From an uncultured Pelagibacteraceae bacterium (GTDB taxonomy: Bacteria > Pseudomonadota > Alphaproteobacteria > Pelagibacterales > Pelagibacteraceae), in assembly GCA_902604245.1 (NCBI GenBank), contig CACKXQ010000002.1, positions 11,018 through 75,017 on the forward strand: a stretch of DNA of 64,000 bases, in the 5' to 3' direction. This document shows positions 1 to 11,047 of this stretch, in pieces. Below the pieces are notes generated by a model, which worked only from the letters and a program-made list of their open reading frames with translations, was not told the DNA's origin and did not search any database. A program made the position numbers and the translations under genes. The stretch's first letter is position 1; the number at the start of each line of letters is the position of its first letter.

Positions 1-1394
1 ATATTTAAAACTGTTTGTTCATCAAACGGTTTACCTATTATTTGTAAACCTAATGGATAATTATTTTTATCTGTGCCTGCTGGTATTGATATTCCAGGTA
101 AACCTGCAAGGTTTACTGGAACAGTAAATATATCATTTAAATACATTGAAACTGGATCATTAGATTTTTCTCCAATTTTAAAAGCAGAACTAGGTGTTGA
201 AGGTGTCAAAATAGCATCTACTTTATTATAAGCTTGATCAAAATCTTGTTTAATTAATTGTCTAACCTTTTGAGCTTTGAGATAGTAAGCATCATAATAT
301 CCAGAAGATAAAACATAGGTGCCTATCATTATCCTTCTCTTTACTTCTTCACCAAAACCTTCTGATCTAGTTTTTTCATACATGTCAATTAAACTTTCTC
401 CGGAAGATCTTAGACCATATTTAACACCATCATATCTTGCTAAATTAGATGATGCTTCAGCTGGCGCTACAATATAATAAGTAGGCAAAGCATAACTGGT
501 GTGAGGTAAAGAAATATCAATTATTTCAGCACCACAATCTTTTGCATATTCAATACCTTTTTTCCAAAGATTCTCAATTTCGTCTGACATCCCATCAACC
601 CTGTATTCTTTTGGGATTCCAATTTTTATACCTTTGATATTTCTAGTTAGTTCTGATGAATAATTATTTCTTTTAAAATCTATTGAAGTTGAATCCTTTT
701 TATCAAATGATGAGATCACTTCTAAAAGAATGGAGCTATCTTTGACATCTTTGCTCATCGGACCTGCTTGATCTAAAGATGATGCAAAGGCAACAATTCC
801 ATATCTTGAACAGCTTCCATAAGTAGGTTTTAGACCTACAGTTCCAGTAAAGGAGGCTGGTTGCCTAATAGATCCACCGGTATCAGTTCCTATTGTTACA
901 GGTGTTAAATTAGCTGCTAAAGCCGATGAGGAACCACCTGATGATCCACCTGGAACTAAATCTTTTGCAATTGGGTTTTGAACATTGCCAAAAAAACTTG
1001 TTTCATTAGATGATCCCATTGCAAATTCATCACAATTTAGTTTGCCTAGCAAAATACCACCTTCATTCCATATATTTTGTGTTACAGTAGATTCATAGTT
1101 TGGGACAAAATTATTTAAGATATTGCTTCCAGCTGTTGTTCTCACTTCATTTGTGCAAAATAGATCTTTTACAGCAATTGGAATACCTGGAAGTTTTAAA
1201 TCAAAATTTGGGTTACTATCAAACTTTTTTGAAATTTTAAGACAATTTTCAAAATTTTCAGTTACATATGCATTTAGTTTTTTTGACTTTTCAGATCTAT
1301 CAACAAAAGATTTTGCAGCTTCATATGAAGATATTTTTTTTTCTTTTATACTTTTAATTAATTCAAAAAGACTTAAAGATGTTATTTCGGTCAT
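1..1394 (-). CDS. gatA: Asp/Glu-tRNA amidotransferase subunit A (3' end beyond window)
   Basis: Manual translation: amidase motifs GGSSGGS and [12 protein letters not shown]; ATG at 1394 overlaps the gatC stop. Confidence 0.95.
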   Translation of the reverse strand, partial: MTEITSLSLFELIKSIKEKKISSYEAAKSFVDRSEKSKKLNAYVTENFENCLKISKKFDSNPNFDLKLPGIPIAVKDLFCTNEVRTTAGSNILNNFVPNYESTVTQNIWNEGGILLGKLNCDEFAMGSSNETSFFGNVQNPIAKDLVPGGSSGGSSSALAANLTPVTIGTDTGGSIRQPASFTGTVGLKPTYGSCSRYGIVAFASSLDQAGPMSKDVKDSSILLEVISSFDKKDSTSIDFKRNNYSSELTRNIKGIKIGIPKEYRVDGMSDEIENLWKKGIEYAKDCGAEIIDISLPHTSYALPTYYIVAPAEASSNLARYDGVKYGLRSSGESLIDMYEKTRSEGFGEEVKRRIMIGTYVLSSGYYDAYYLKAQKVRQLIKQDFDQAYNKVDAILTPSTPSSAFKIGEKSNDPVSMYLNDIFTVPVNLAGLPGISIPAGTDKNNYPLGLQIIGKPFDEQTVLN

Positions 1395-1681
1395 TACTCA
1401 ACTACTTTCGGAACAACAAAAAAATCATCATTTTTTTCAGGAGAATTTTTAAGAATCTTTTCTCTTATATTTTTGCTAGTTATTTTATCTTCTCTGAATC
1501 TTAAAGTTGTTTTAGCTAAAGAGGTTAAAGGTTCAACATTCTCAGTTTTTAGCTCATTTAATTTTTCAATAAATTCAAATATAGAGTTCATATCATTTGC
1601 CAATTTTTCAGCTTTTTTCTCTTCAAGTGAAATCCTTGCTAATTTTGATATATGTTTTACAGTTTTAAGATCTATCGTCAT
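1394..1681 (-). CDS. gatC: Asp/Glu-tRNA amidotransferase subunit C
   Basis: [17 protein letters not shown]...FFVVPKVVE; start trimmed from the 135-aa ORF. Confidence 0.93.
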   Translation of the reverse strand: MTIDLKTVKHISKLARISLEEKKAEKLANDMNSIFEFIEKLNELKTENVEPLTSLAKTTLRFREDKITSKNIREKILKNSPEKNDDFFVVPKVVE

Positions 1682-1730
1682 ATGGTAAAAATAATGTCGC
1701 AAACTACCACTTAAGTTAAAAATATACAAT

Positions 1731-2186
1731 ATGATCACAATTAATGAATTCAAAAACAAATTATCAAGTGGTTCAAGATTATTGGGTATAGATTTAGGCA
1801 CAAAAAGGATTGGGATTGCAATAAGTGATTATAATCAAAAAATTGCTTCTCCCCTTCAAACCTTAGATAATTCTAAACAAGGTAAATTAATTGATGAACT
1901 AGAAAGTATTATTGCAGAATATGACATCAGAGGAATTATTATAGGCAATCCAATAAATATGGATGGCACTTACGGAAAATCTTCACAATCAGCAAAAGAT
2001 ATAGCAATCAATATTTCGAATAAAATTGATATTCCTGTTTCTTTGTGGGATGAAAGGTTATCTACTGTCGGTGCTTTCAATTTATCAAGTGAATTAGATA
2101 TAAATGTCAGTAAAAGAGAGAAAGATATTGATAAGTTTGCAGCAGCTTTTATTTTACAAGGTGCTTTAGATTTTATTCAAAATTAA
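1731..2186 (+). CDS. yqgF: YqgF/RuvX pre-16S rRNA nuclease
   Basis: LLGIDLGTKRIGIA, WDERLST motifs. Confidence 0.92.
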   Translation: MITINEFKNKLSSGSRLLGIDLGTKRIGIAISDYNQKIASPLQTLDNSKQGKLIDELESIIAEYDIRGIIIGNPINMDGTYGKSSQSAKDIAINISNKIDIPVSLWDERLSTVGAFNLSSELDINVSKREKDIDKFAAAFILQGALDFIQN

Positions 2187-2228
2187 TGGTTGCATAGTTA
2201 ATACTATATAGTTATAGAGTTAGTTTTA

Positions 2229-3170
2229 ATGGCAATTAAATCCAAAAAAGCTATTAAAATATCTCAAAAACATTTGTTAGGTATCCAAGATTTATCTGTT
2301 AGTGATGTTACTGCTATTCTGAATGAAGCCTCTAAATTCATAGAATTAAATAAAAGTAAAAGTAAAAAAATAGATATTTTAAAAGGGAAAACTCAAATAA
2401 ACTTATTTTTTGAACCATCAACAAGGACGCAGAGCTCATTCGAATTAGCAGGAAAAAGATTAGGTGCAGATGTAATGTCAATGAATATTACAAATTCTGC
2501 AATCAAAAAAGGTGAAACGTTAATTGATACAGCAATGACCTTAAATGCAATGCACCCGGATATTATTGTAATAAGACATCAAGACTCAGGTGCTTGTAAC
2601 CTTCTATCTCAAAAAGTTAATTGTGCAGTATTAAATGCAGGTGATGGTAGAAGAGAACATCCTACACAAGCATTATTGGATGCTTTAACAATTATAAATA
2701 GAAGAAAAAAAATAGAAGGTCTTAAAATAGCAATATGCGGAGATATATTACATTCAAGAGTAGCAAGATCAAATATTTATCTTCTAAACATGTTGGGTGC
2801 AGAAGTGAATATCGTGGCCCCTTCAAATTTAATGCCAAATGAAATTGAAAAATTTGGAGTAAATATTTTTTCTGATATGAAAAAAGGAGTTAAAAATTGC
2901 GACATAGTAATGATGTTAAGATTACAGAATGAAAGAATGACAAGCTCGTTTCTATCATCCAATAGAGAATACTATGAGTATTATGGCTTAACACCAGATA
3001 AAATTCAATATGCTAAAGAAGATGCTTTAATAATGCATCCAGGACCGATGAATAGAGGAATTGAAATTGATACAAACTTAGCTGACGATATAAACAAAAG
3101 TGTAATAAAAGAACAGGTTGAATTAGGCGTAGCAGTAAGAATGGCCTGCTTAAAGATTTTTTGTGAATAA
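2229..3170 (+). CDS. pyrB: Aspartate carbamoyltransferase catalytic subunit
   Basis: [20 protein letters not shown] motifs. Confidence 0.97.
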   Translation: MAIKSKKAIKISQKHLLGIQDLSVSDVTAILNEASKFIELNKSKSKKIDILKGKTQINLFFEPSTRTQSSFELAGKRLGADVMSMNITNSAIKKGETLIDTAMTLNAMHPDIIVIRHQDSGACNLLSQKVNCAVLNAGDGRREHPTQALLDALTIINRRKKIEGLKIAICGDILHSRVARSNIYLLNMLGAEVNIVAPSNLMPNEIEKFGVNIFSDMKKGVKNCDIVMMLRLQNERMTSSFLSSNREYYEYYGLTPDKIQYAKEDALIMHPGPMNRGIEIDTNLADDINKSVIKEQVELGVAVRMACLKIFCE

Positions 3171-4460
3171 ATGAAAAAAAAATACTTTATAAATGCAAAT
3201 ATAATTGACCCTCATAATTCCTTAAATGAAGTTGGAGGAATAATAATAGGAGAAAATGGAAAAATTGAAGCTGTCGGAAAAAAAGTAAATTCCAATAACA
3301 TTCCATCTAGAGAAAAAGTAATAGATTTAAATGGAAAATACATATTTCCAGGCATTGTAGATATGCGAGTTTTTGTTGGTGAACCAGGATATGAATATAA
3401 AGAGAATTTTAGAACACTTAGTGAAGCGGCTTTATCAGGCGGTGTAACTTCAGTTGTTACTATGCCTAATACAAACCCAGTAATTGATAATGTTTCAATA
3501 GTTGATTTTCTTAAAAGAAGAGGAAGAGACAAATCAAAAATTAATATTTATCCAACAGCTGCATTAACAGTAAAAGCAGAGGGAGAAAATATGACTGAAT
3601 TTGGTTTATTACAGAGTAAAGGAATTATTGGTTTCACAGATGGAGTAAAAACAATTCAAAATCCTAGAATTATGAATAGGATTATGAATTCAGCATCAGA
3701 TTTAAAATCCTTAATAATACAACATGCTGAGGATGCAGAATTATCAAAAGATGGAATGATTAATGATGGTATCATAGCAACAAAACTTGGTCTCCAAGGT
3801 ATTCCAATAAGCGCTGAATTGTTAATTATAGAAAGAGACTTAACATTGTTAGAATATAATAGTTGTAGGTATCATATTTCTCAGATTTCATCTGCAAACT
3901 CTGTAGAAATAATCAGAGAAAGAAAAAATAAAGTAAACTTCAGCTGTGGTGTTTCGATAAACAATTTATCATTAAATGAAAATGACATTGGTGATTTCAA
4001 AACTTTTTTAAAATTATCACCTCCTTTAAGAACAGAAACTGATAGAAACGCTTTAGTTCAGGGATTAAATGATGAAACAATTGATGTTATTGTTTCTGAT
4101 CATAAACCAGAAGATGAAGAAAATAAAAGATTAACTTTTGCTCAAGCAGAAACTGGAGCATCTGGAATTGAAACTTTATTGCCCTTAAGCTTAGAATTAT
4201 ATCATAATGGATCGGTTGATTTGGAAACTATAATAAAAGCTTTAACATCAAAACCTGCAGAAATACTTAAAATAAATAAAGGTAACTTATCGACAGGAAA
4301 TGATGCTGATTTTTGTATTGTAGATATAAATAAACCCTGGGTTGTTAGAAAAGAGAAATTAATATCAAAATCAAAGAATACCCCTATTGAAGACAAAAAG
4401 CTTCAAGGCAAAGTTATAAGCACATTTGTTAATGGTGAAGAATTATTTAAATCTGAATAA
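3171..4460 (+). CDS. pyrC: Dihydroorotase-family protein (probably inactive PyrC'-type ATCase partner)
   Basis: Amidohydrolase fold, MPNTNP and SDHKP motifs; DMRVF replaces DxHxH. Confidence 0.85.
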   Translation: MKKKYFINANIIDPHNSLNEVGGIIIGENGKIEAVGKKVNSNNIPSREKVIDLNGKYIFPGIVDMRVFVGEPGYEYKENFRTLSEAALSGGVTSVVTMPNTNPVIDNVSIVDFLKRRGRDKSKINIYPTAALTVKAEGENMTEFGLLQSKGIIGFTDGVKTIQNPRIMNRIMNSASDLKSLIIQHAEDAELSKDGMINDGIIATKLGLQGIPISAELLIIERDLTLLEYNSCRYHISQISSANSVEIIRERKNKVNFSCGVSINNLSLNENDIGDFKTFLKLSPPLRTETDRNALVQGLNDETIDVIVSDHKPEDEENKRLTFAQAETGASGIETLLPLSLELYHNGSVDLETIIKALTSKPAEILKINKGNLSTGNDADFCIVDINKPWVVRKEKLISKSKNTPIEDKKLQGKVISTFVNGEELFKSE

Positions 4461-5035
4461 TGGATTATATTATAACAGCTTTGGTATCTTATCTATTTGG
4501 CTCTATACCTTTTGGATATCTATTCACAAAAATTTTACTTAAAAAGGATATTAGAAATGTAGGATCAGGAAATATTGGTGCCACAAATGTTTTAAGAACT
4601 GGCAATAAGTCATTGGGTTATTTAACACTTGTTTTAGATATAGCAAAAGCTGTTGTGCCTGTTATCTATATAAAGTTCAATTATCCTGACTTAGTTTATT
4701 TATCAGCTCTTTGTGCATTTTTAGGACATTTATTCCCTATTTGGCTAAAATTTAAAGGTGGTAAAGGTGTTGCAACTTTTGTTGGGATTTTAATTTCAAT
4801 AAATATTTATTATGCAATTGTTTTTGGAATTGTTTGGATTTTAACTTTTTTCATATCAAAATATTCATCTCTATCCTCCTTATTTGCTTCTATTTCAATA
4901 CCAATATACTTATTAATCATAAATCAGGATAATATAATTTTTTTCATCATTATGTTTGTTTTGATTTTTTATACACATAGAGGAAATATTAAAAGATTAA
5001 TAAACAAAGAAGAAACAAAGAGTAAAATTTATTAA
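4460..5035 (+). CDS. plsY: Glycerol-3-phosphate acyltransferase
   Basis: GSGNIGATN, FKGGKGVAT. Confidence 0.96.
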   Translation: MDYIITALVSYLFGSIPFGYLFTKILLKKDIRNVGSGNIGATNVLRTGNKSLGYLTLVLDIAKAVVPVIYIKFNYPDLVYLSALCAFLGHLFPIWLKFKGGKGVATFVGILISINIYYAIVFGIVWILTFFISKYSSLSSLFASISIPIYLLIINQDNIIFFIIMFVLIFYTHRGNIKRLINKEETKSKIY

Positions 5036-5072
5036 TTTGACAGTTTAATAGTTATAAGTAGTTTGACTAATT

Positions 5073-7634
5073 ATGAATCTTGTAATTGTTGAAAGTCCTG
5101 CAAAAGCTAAAACTATAAATAAATATCTAGGTTCAAATTACACTGTTTTAGCAAGCTATGGTCATATTAGAGACCTTCCTTCAAAAAATGGTTCTGTAGA
5201 TCCAGAAAATTCTTTTAAAATGATTTGGGAAGTAGATAGTTTCTCAAAAAAATATTTAAAAGAAATTACCGATACAGCCAAATATTCAGAAAAAATTATT
5301 TTAGCTACTGACCCTGATCGAGAAGGTGAAGCAATTGCTTGGCATGTCAAAGAGTTTTTAAACGAAAAAAAACTTCTTAAAGATAAAAAAGTAGAACGTG
5401 TAGTTTTTAATGAAATAACAAAAAGAGCTGTAACAAATGGAATAGATAACCCAAGAAATATCGAAAATGAACTTGTAGATGCCTACATGGCAAGAAGAGC
5501 GCTGGATTATTTAGTAGGATTTAATATATCGCCAATTTTATGGACAAAATTACCGGGATCTAAATCAGCAGGAAGAGTTCAATCTGTTGCTCTTAGATTA
5601 CTAACTGAGAGGGAACACGAAATAGAAGTTTTTAAACCAGAGGAATTTTGGACACTTAACTTAAATTTCTTAACGAAGGAAAATTTAGATATAAATACAT
5701 CTATTACTCAATTAGATGGTATAAAAATTGGGAAATTCTCATTTAAAAATAAAGAAGATATTAATAATGCTTTAGATTTAATTAAAAATAAAAAATATAA
5801 TATTACAGATATAATATCTAAAATTTATACACGAAACCCTTCTGGTCCTTTTACTACTTCTACTTTACAACAGACATCGTCAAGCAAACTGGGTTTTGGG
5901 GCCTCTAGAACAATGCAAATTGCCCAAAGACTTTATCAAGGTATAGATATTGATGGTGAAACCGTTGGATTAATTACTTATATGCGTACAGATGGAACTA
6001 ATATATCAAAAGATGCTGTAGCTTCTTTTAGGAATTTCATTACTCAAAATTATGGTGAAACGTATTTGCCGTCCACACCTTTAAATTATTCAGGAAAAAA
6101 GGCAAAAAATGCACAAGAAGCTCATGAAGCTATCAGACCAACGGAAATTAGCAGAGTGCCTGAAGATATGAAAAAATATTTAAGCACAGATCAATACAAA
6201 CTTTATAATTTGATATGGTCAAGGTCATTATCTTCACAAATGGAGTCAGCAAAATTTGATAGAAAAACTATAACAATTACATCTGAAGATAATAAAAATA
6301 TATGTAAAGCTAATGGATCAACTTTAAAATTTGATGGTTTTTTAAAGGTTTCAAGAATAGATGAAAATAAAGATGATGAAAACACGCTGCCAGATGTTGT
6401 AAAAGGTGAAGTAGAGTTTAAAGACTTTACGGATGAGCAACATTTTACTCAACCACCACCAAGATATTCAGAAGCAAGTCTTGTTAAAAAGTTAGAAGAA
6501 TTAGGAATTGGAAGACCTTCAACATACGCAAGTATAATTTCAGTAATTTCAAATAGAGGTTATGCAGACATAGAAAACAAAAGATTTTTTCCAACTGATA
6601 GGGGGAAATTGCTCTCTGCTTTTCTTGAAAAATTATTCTCAAAATATGTGGATTATGATTTCACTGCAAAATTGGAAGATCAATTAGACGATATAACAGC
6701 TGGTAAAGAAAATTGGATTAATGTTTTGGAGGAATTTTGGAGAGATTTTAATTTAAATGTAGCAGACGTTAAAGAAAAACGTACTAGAGAAGTCTTAGAT
6801 ATGCTTAACGAAAGTTTAGGCTCATTAATCTTTGAAGTTGATAAAGATGGAAAAATCAACAGAAAATGTAAACTATGTGATAGTGGTCAATTAAGTTTAA
6901 AAAACAGTTTTCGAGGTGGTGCTTTTATCGGATGTTCAAATTATCCAGATTGTAAATTTACAAGACCTCTTTCAAAGTCTAAAGCAGCCCAACAATTGAC
7001 TTTAGCAGAACCAAAATTAATTGGTCAAAATGATAGTGGTAAAGATATATATTTAAAAAATGGAAGATTTGGTCCCTATCTTCAATATGAAAAAGAATTA
7101 AATGATGTTGAAGAAACTAAACAGAAAAAGAAAAAATTAAAAAAAGAAGATAATAATATGAAAAACGTATCTATACCTAAAGGAATTGATATCAAAAGTA
7201 TAGATTTAGATAGAGCCAAGTATTTATGCTCACTTCCAATTAGTTTAGGTAAAAACCCTGAAAACGATAAAGATATTACTTTAAATGTTGGTCGTTTTGG
7301 ACCATATTTAAAGTGTGAAAATAAATCGGCGCGTTTAGAGAATGTTGAAGAAATATTTAGCGTAGGTCTTAATAGAGCCGTAACTCTAATAGCTGAGGCA
7401 AAACCTGGAAGAATTTCTTCATCTTTGATTAAAGATCTCGGTGAGCACCCAGAAGATAAAAAACCAGTAAGGATTATGAAAGGTCAATATGGGCCTTATA
7501 TAAAATACAGATCATTAAACGCTACTATTCCTGAAGAAAAAGACCCAATTGAATTAACAATGGAAGAAGCTCTTATTTTAATTGAGAAAAGAAAAGAGTA
7601 CGATAAGAATAAAAAGAAAAAGAAAAGTAAATAA
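5073..7634 (+). CDS. topA: DNA topoisomerase I
   Basis: IVESPAKAK, DPDREGE, SAGRVQS, ITYMRTD. Confidence 0.98.
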   Translation: MNLVIVESPAKAKTINKYLGSNYTVLASYGHIRDLPSKNGSVDPENSFKMIWEVDSFSKKYLKEITDTAKYSEKIILATDPDREGEAIAWHVKEFLNEKKLLKDKKVERVVFNEITKRAVTNGIDNPRNIENELVDAYMARRALDYLVGFNISPILWTKLPGSKSAGRVQSVALRLLTEREHEIEVFKPEEFWTLNLNFLTKENLDINTSITQLDGIKIGKFSFKNKEDINNALDLIKNKKYNITDIISKIYTRNPSGPFTTSTLQQTSSSKLGFGASRTMQIAQRLYQGIDIDGETVGLITYMRTDGTNISKDAVASFRNFITQNYGETYLPSTPLNYSGKKAKNAQEAHEAIRPTEISRVPEDMKKYLSTDQYKLYNLIWSRSLSSQMESAKFDRKTITITSEDNKNICKANGSTLKFDGFLKVSRIDENKDDENTLPDVVKGEVEFKDFTDEQHFTQPPPRYSEASLVKKLEELGIGRPSTYASIISVISNRGYADIENKRFFPTDRGKLLSAFLEKLFSKYVDYDFTAKLEDQLDDITAGKENWINVLEEFWRDFNLNVADVKEKRTREVLDMLNESLGSLIFEVDKDGKINRKCKLCDSGQLSLKNSFRGGAFIGCSNYPDCKFTRPLSKSKAAQQLTLAEPKLIGQNDSGKDIYLKNGRFGPYLQYEKELNDVEETKQKKKKLKKEDNNMKNVSIPKGIDIKSIDLDRAKYLCSLPISLGKNPENDKDITLNVGRFGPYLKCENKSARLENVEEIFSVGLNRAVTLIAEAKPGRISSSLIKDLGEHPEDKKPVRIMKGQYGPYIKYRSLNATIPEEKDPIELTMEEALILIEKRKEYDKNKKKKKSK

Positions 7635-8095
7635 TGTCTATTGATGCAAAAATAAAAGATATGGGTTTAGTTTTACCAAAAGCAACTGATCCTGTTGGTT
7701 CATATGTTGCCACAAAAATTTCTGGTAATTTACTTTATATATCAGGACAAATATCAATAGATGCAGATGGACAATTAATTAAAGGAAAAGTCGGAAAAGA
7801 CTATAATACAGAACAAGCTTACAAAGCAGCACAAAGATGCGCATTAAATATAATTGCACAGGCTAAAAAAGCATGCTCAGATGATTTATCAAAAATTAAA
7901 TCATGTATTAAATTAACTGGTTATGTTAATTCTACAGATGACTTTATTGAGCAACCAAAAGTAGTTAATGGTGCATCAGATTTGATTAAAGATGTCTTCG
8001 GGGATAATGGTGCACACACACGTGCAGCTGTAAGTGCAAATAGTTTGCCTTTAGGTGTGGCAGTTGAAGTTGACGCAATATTTGAGATTAAATAG
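7634..8095 (+). CDS. RidA/YjgF family protein
   Basis: LYISGQI, HTRAAVS..LPLGVAVEVD. Confidence 0.88.
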   Translation: MSIDAKIKDMGLVLPKATDPVGSYVATKISGNLLYISGQISIDADGQLIKGKVGKDYNTEQAYKAAQRCALNIIAQAKKACSDDLSKIKSCIKLTGYVNSTDDFIEQPKVVNGASDLIKDVFGDNGAHTRAAVSANSLPLGVAVEVDAIFEIK

Positions 8096-9391
8096 TTATC
8101 TGCCTATACTATAATAATCTATATTTTTATTTTTCATTTTTGAGGGTGAATATAGATTCCTTAAATCATAAATCTTAAATTTCTTCCTATTATTCAACCT
8201 ATTAAAGTTTAGCTGCTTAAACTCGTTCCACTCTGTATGAATAATTAAAAGGTCACTATTTTTACATGCATCTTTGATATTATTAAAATAAGATACTTTT
8301 ATTTTATCAAAATCATTTTTAATTCCTGTAGGTTCATAGTAAGACACTTTTGCACCTTTTCTAGTCAAATATGGGATTAATTTTAGAGAGGCCGAGTCTC
8401 TCATATCATCAGTACCAGGCTTAAAAGTAACACCTAAAAATGTGATTTTCTTATTTTTAATCTTATTATTTAATATTTTCTTAATTTTATTTAATAATAA
8501 TTTATACCTATTGTCGTTAGAGTATATTGTGGATTTAACTATAGATAAATTAGTTTTAAATTTTTTTGAGGTAGAAATTAATGCAAGCGTATCTTTTGGA
8601 AAACAAGAACCACCGTAACCAGGTCCAGCTCTTAAAAATCTTCCTCCAATCCTCTCATCAGCTCCAATTCCTGCCGAAACATCAGTTACATCGACGTTAA
8701 GTTTTTCACATAAATTTGAAATTTCATTAATAAATGTAATTTTTGTTGCTAGGAATGCATTAGATGCATATTTTATAACTTCGGCAGCACGTCTTGATGT
8801 ATTGAAATATCTACTCTTTTTTTTAACAAAAGGAGAATATAAATTTTTTAAAATATTATTGGCCTTTTTACTCTTTGTTCCAACTACTACTCGATCAGGA
8901 AACATAAAATCTCTGATAGCCTCACCTTCTCTCAGAAATTCTGGATTGGAAACAACATCAAATAATTTTTTATTACTTTTAGTTGATAATAGTTTTTGAA
9001 TTTTGTCGCCAGTGGTAACTGGAACAGTTGATTTTGTAACGATAATTTTATATTTGTTTAAATTCTTTTTTATATCCTTTACAACTTGAAATACATATTT
9101 TAAATCTGCTTCTTTAGATTTTGTTTTAGTCGGAGTGCCAACACATATAAATATAAGATCTGATTTTTTAATTGACTCTGATATATTTGAGGAAAATTGT
9201 AACCTATTTTGCTTTAAGTTTCTTATAACTAATTCTTCTAAACCTGGTTCATAAATTGGAATTAAGCCTTTTTTTAGATTGCATATTTTATTTATGTTAT
9301 TGTCGACACAAATAACATTGTTTCCAAGTTCAGCAAAACAAGTTCCACTGACTAACCCAACATAGCCTGACCCAATCATACATAATTTCAT
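8096..9391 (-). CDS. ugd: UDP-glucose 6-dehydrogenase
   Basis: IGSGYVG, NPEFLREG, GYGGSCFPKD; start MKLCMIG overlaps the galU stop. Confidence 0.93.
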   Translation of the reverse strand: MKLCMIGSGYVGLVSGTCFAELGNNVICVDNNINKICNLKKGLIPIYEPGLEELVIRNLKQNRLQFSSNISESIKKSDLIFICVGTPTKTKSKEADLKYVFQVVKDIKKNLNKYKIIVTKSTVPVTTGDKIQKLLSTKSNKKLFDVVSNPEFLREGEAIRDFMFPDRVVVGTKSKKANNILKNLYSPFVKKKSRYFNTSRRAAEVIKYASNAFLATKITFINEISNLCEKLNVDVTDVSAGIGADERIGGRFLRAGPGYGGSCFPKDTLALISTSKKFKTNLSIVKSTIYSNDNRYKLLLNKIKKILNNKIKNKKITFLGVTFKPGTDDMRDSASLKLIPYLTRKGAKVSYYEPTGIKNDFDKIKVSYFNNIKDACKNSDLLIIHTEWNEFKQLNFNRLNNRKKFKIYDLRNLYSPSKMKNKNIDYYSIGR

Positions 9392-10203
9392 AATTTTGCA
9401 ATCTCCAATGTTGAATTTATGTAACCACTCATAGAACCACAATCTAAATATTTTCCTGAAAACTTATGGCCAATAAACAAAGATTTATTATCAATCATTG
9501 TTTTAATTGAGTCTGTAATATGTATCTCTCCCCCTTTTCCTTTTTTTTGTTTTTTAAGTATTTTAAATATATTCTTGCTTAATATATATCTTCCAATTAC
9601 TGCATTATTTGATGGAGCTTCTTTTGTATTTGGTTTTTCAATAACATTTGAAATAATAAAATTCTGATTATCAAGTTTTTTTGATAAAGAATATATTCCC
9701 CAACGATTTACATTATTTTTTTTAACTGACATGCTCGCCATTACTGAAGATTTATATTTTTTATGTAATTTAATCATATCCTTTGAGCAGTTTCTTTTAA
9801 TTATTAAATCATCTGGAAGTAGCATTAAAAAATATTTATTTTTAATGAATTTTTTAGTTTTTAAAACAGCATCACCAGTACCTAGTGGTTTATTTTGATA
9901 AACAAATTTAATTTTTTTTTTATACTTTAAAATTTTTTTGTATTCTTTAATTATGCGTGGATCTTTTTTCTTTTTAATTAATGATTTGTAAAATTCATCA
10001 TTATAAAAATAATTCTTTATCATTTCTTTTTTTTTAGAAATAATGAAGATTATTTCTGTAATACCAGCCTCAATGCATTCATCAAGAATATACTCAATTC
10101 CAGGCTTTCCATTTATAGGCAATAGCTCTTTAGCAAAAACACTGGTTAATGGCAAAAGTCTTGTACCTAAACCAGCAAGTGGAATAATGGCTTGTTTAAT
10201 CAT
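9388..10203 (-). CDS. galU: UTP-glucose-1-phosphate uridylyltransferase
   Basis: AIIPLAGLGTRLLP..KELLP. Confidence 0.9.
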   Translation of the reverse strand: MIKQAIIPLAGLGTRLLPLTSVFAKELLPINGKPGIEYILDECIEAGITEIIFIISKKKEMIKNYFYNDEFYKSLIKKKKDPRIIKEYKKILKYKKKIKFVYQNKPLGTGDAVLKTKKFIKNKYFLMLLPDDLIIKRNCSKDMIKLHKKYKSSVMASMSVKKNNVNRWGIYSLSKKLDNQNFIISNVIEKPNTKEAPSNNAVIGRYILSKNIFKILKKQKKGKGGEIHITDSIKTMIDNKSLFIGHKFSGKYLDCGSMSGYINSTLEIAKL

Positions 10204-10237
10204 AAAGATAATTTATTTATAAACATATATTTAAAAT

Positions 10238-11047
10238 ATGAAAATAATTACAAGTATTTTTGATTTAAATAAAGAGATTAAAGACTATAAGAATATTGGT
10301 TTTGTACCTACAATGGGTGGAATACATGCTGGTCATATATCTCTAATAAAAGCCTCACAAAATAAAAAAAGTAAGACAATTGTAAGTATTTTTGTAAATC
10401 CTACTCAATTTAATAAAAGGGATGATTTTAAACAATATCCGAGAAATATTCAGAAAGATATTGGTATACTTGAAAAATTAAATGTAGAGTATTTATTCAC
10501 ACCTAATGCCAAAGATATATACAAATCTAGGTCTAAAAAATTTAATTTAAAAAAAAAATACAAAATTTTGTGTGCAAAATATAGAATTGGTCATTTTGAA
10601 GGTGTTCTAAATGTTATGAACAGACTTATGACCATTATAAAATCAAAAGATTTATATATGGGTGAAAAAGACTATCAGCAGTTATATCTAATTAAAAAAT
10701 TCCTATCGAAAAAGTTTAAGGTTCGTATTAATTCATGTCCTACTATCAGAATAAATAATATTGCTTTATCTACACGAAACAAATTATTAAAAAAGAGATC
10801 TATTAAAAAAGCTTCAGAAATTGCATTATTTTTAAAAAAAGTTAAGTATAAGTCAAAATTAGAAGGTGCTAAATTGGTCTCTGATTTACATAATTATAAA
10901 ATAAAATTAGAAAAAAAATATCATATAAAAGTAGATTACTTAGAATTTAGAGATGAAAAAAGTTTAAAGCTTAACAATTTCAAGAATAAATATAGGCTTT
11001 TTGTGGCTTATGAAATAGACAATGTTAGATTAATTGATAATTATTAG
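10238..11047 (+). CDS. panC: Pantoate-beta-alanine ligase
   Basis: FVPTMGGIHAGH, FVNPTQF, GEKDYQQ, RLIDN. Confidence 0.95.
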   Translation: MKIITSIFDLNKEIKDYKNIGFVPTMGGIHAGHISLIKASQNKKSKTIVSIFVNPTQFNKRDDFKQYPRNIQKDIGILEKLNVEYLFTPNAKDIYKSRSKKFNLKKKYKILCAKYRIGHFEGVLNVMNRLMTIIKSKDLYMGEKDYQQLYLIKKFLSKKFKVRINSCPTIRINNIALSTRNKLLKKRSIKKASEIALFLKKVKYKSKLEGAKLVSDLHNYKIKLEKKYHIKVDYLEFRDEKSLKLNNFKNKYRLFVAYEIDNVRLIDNY

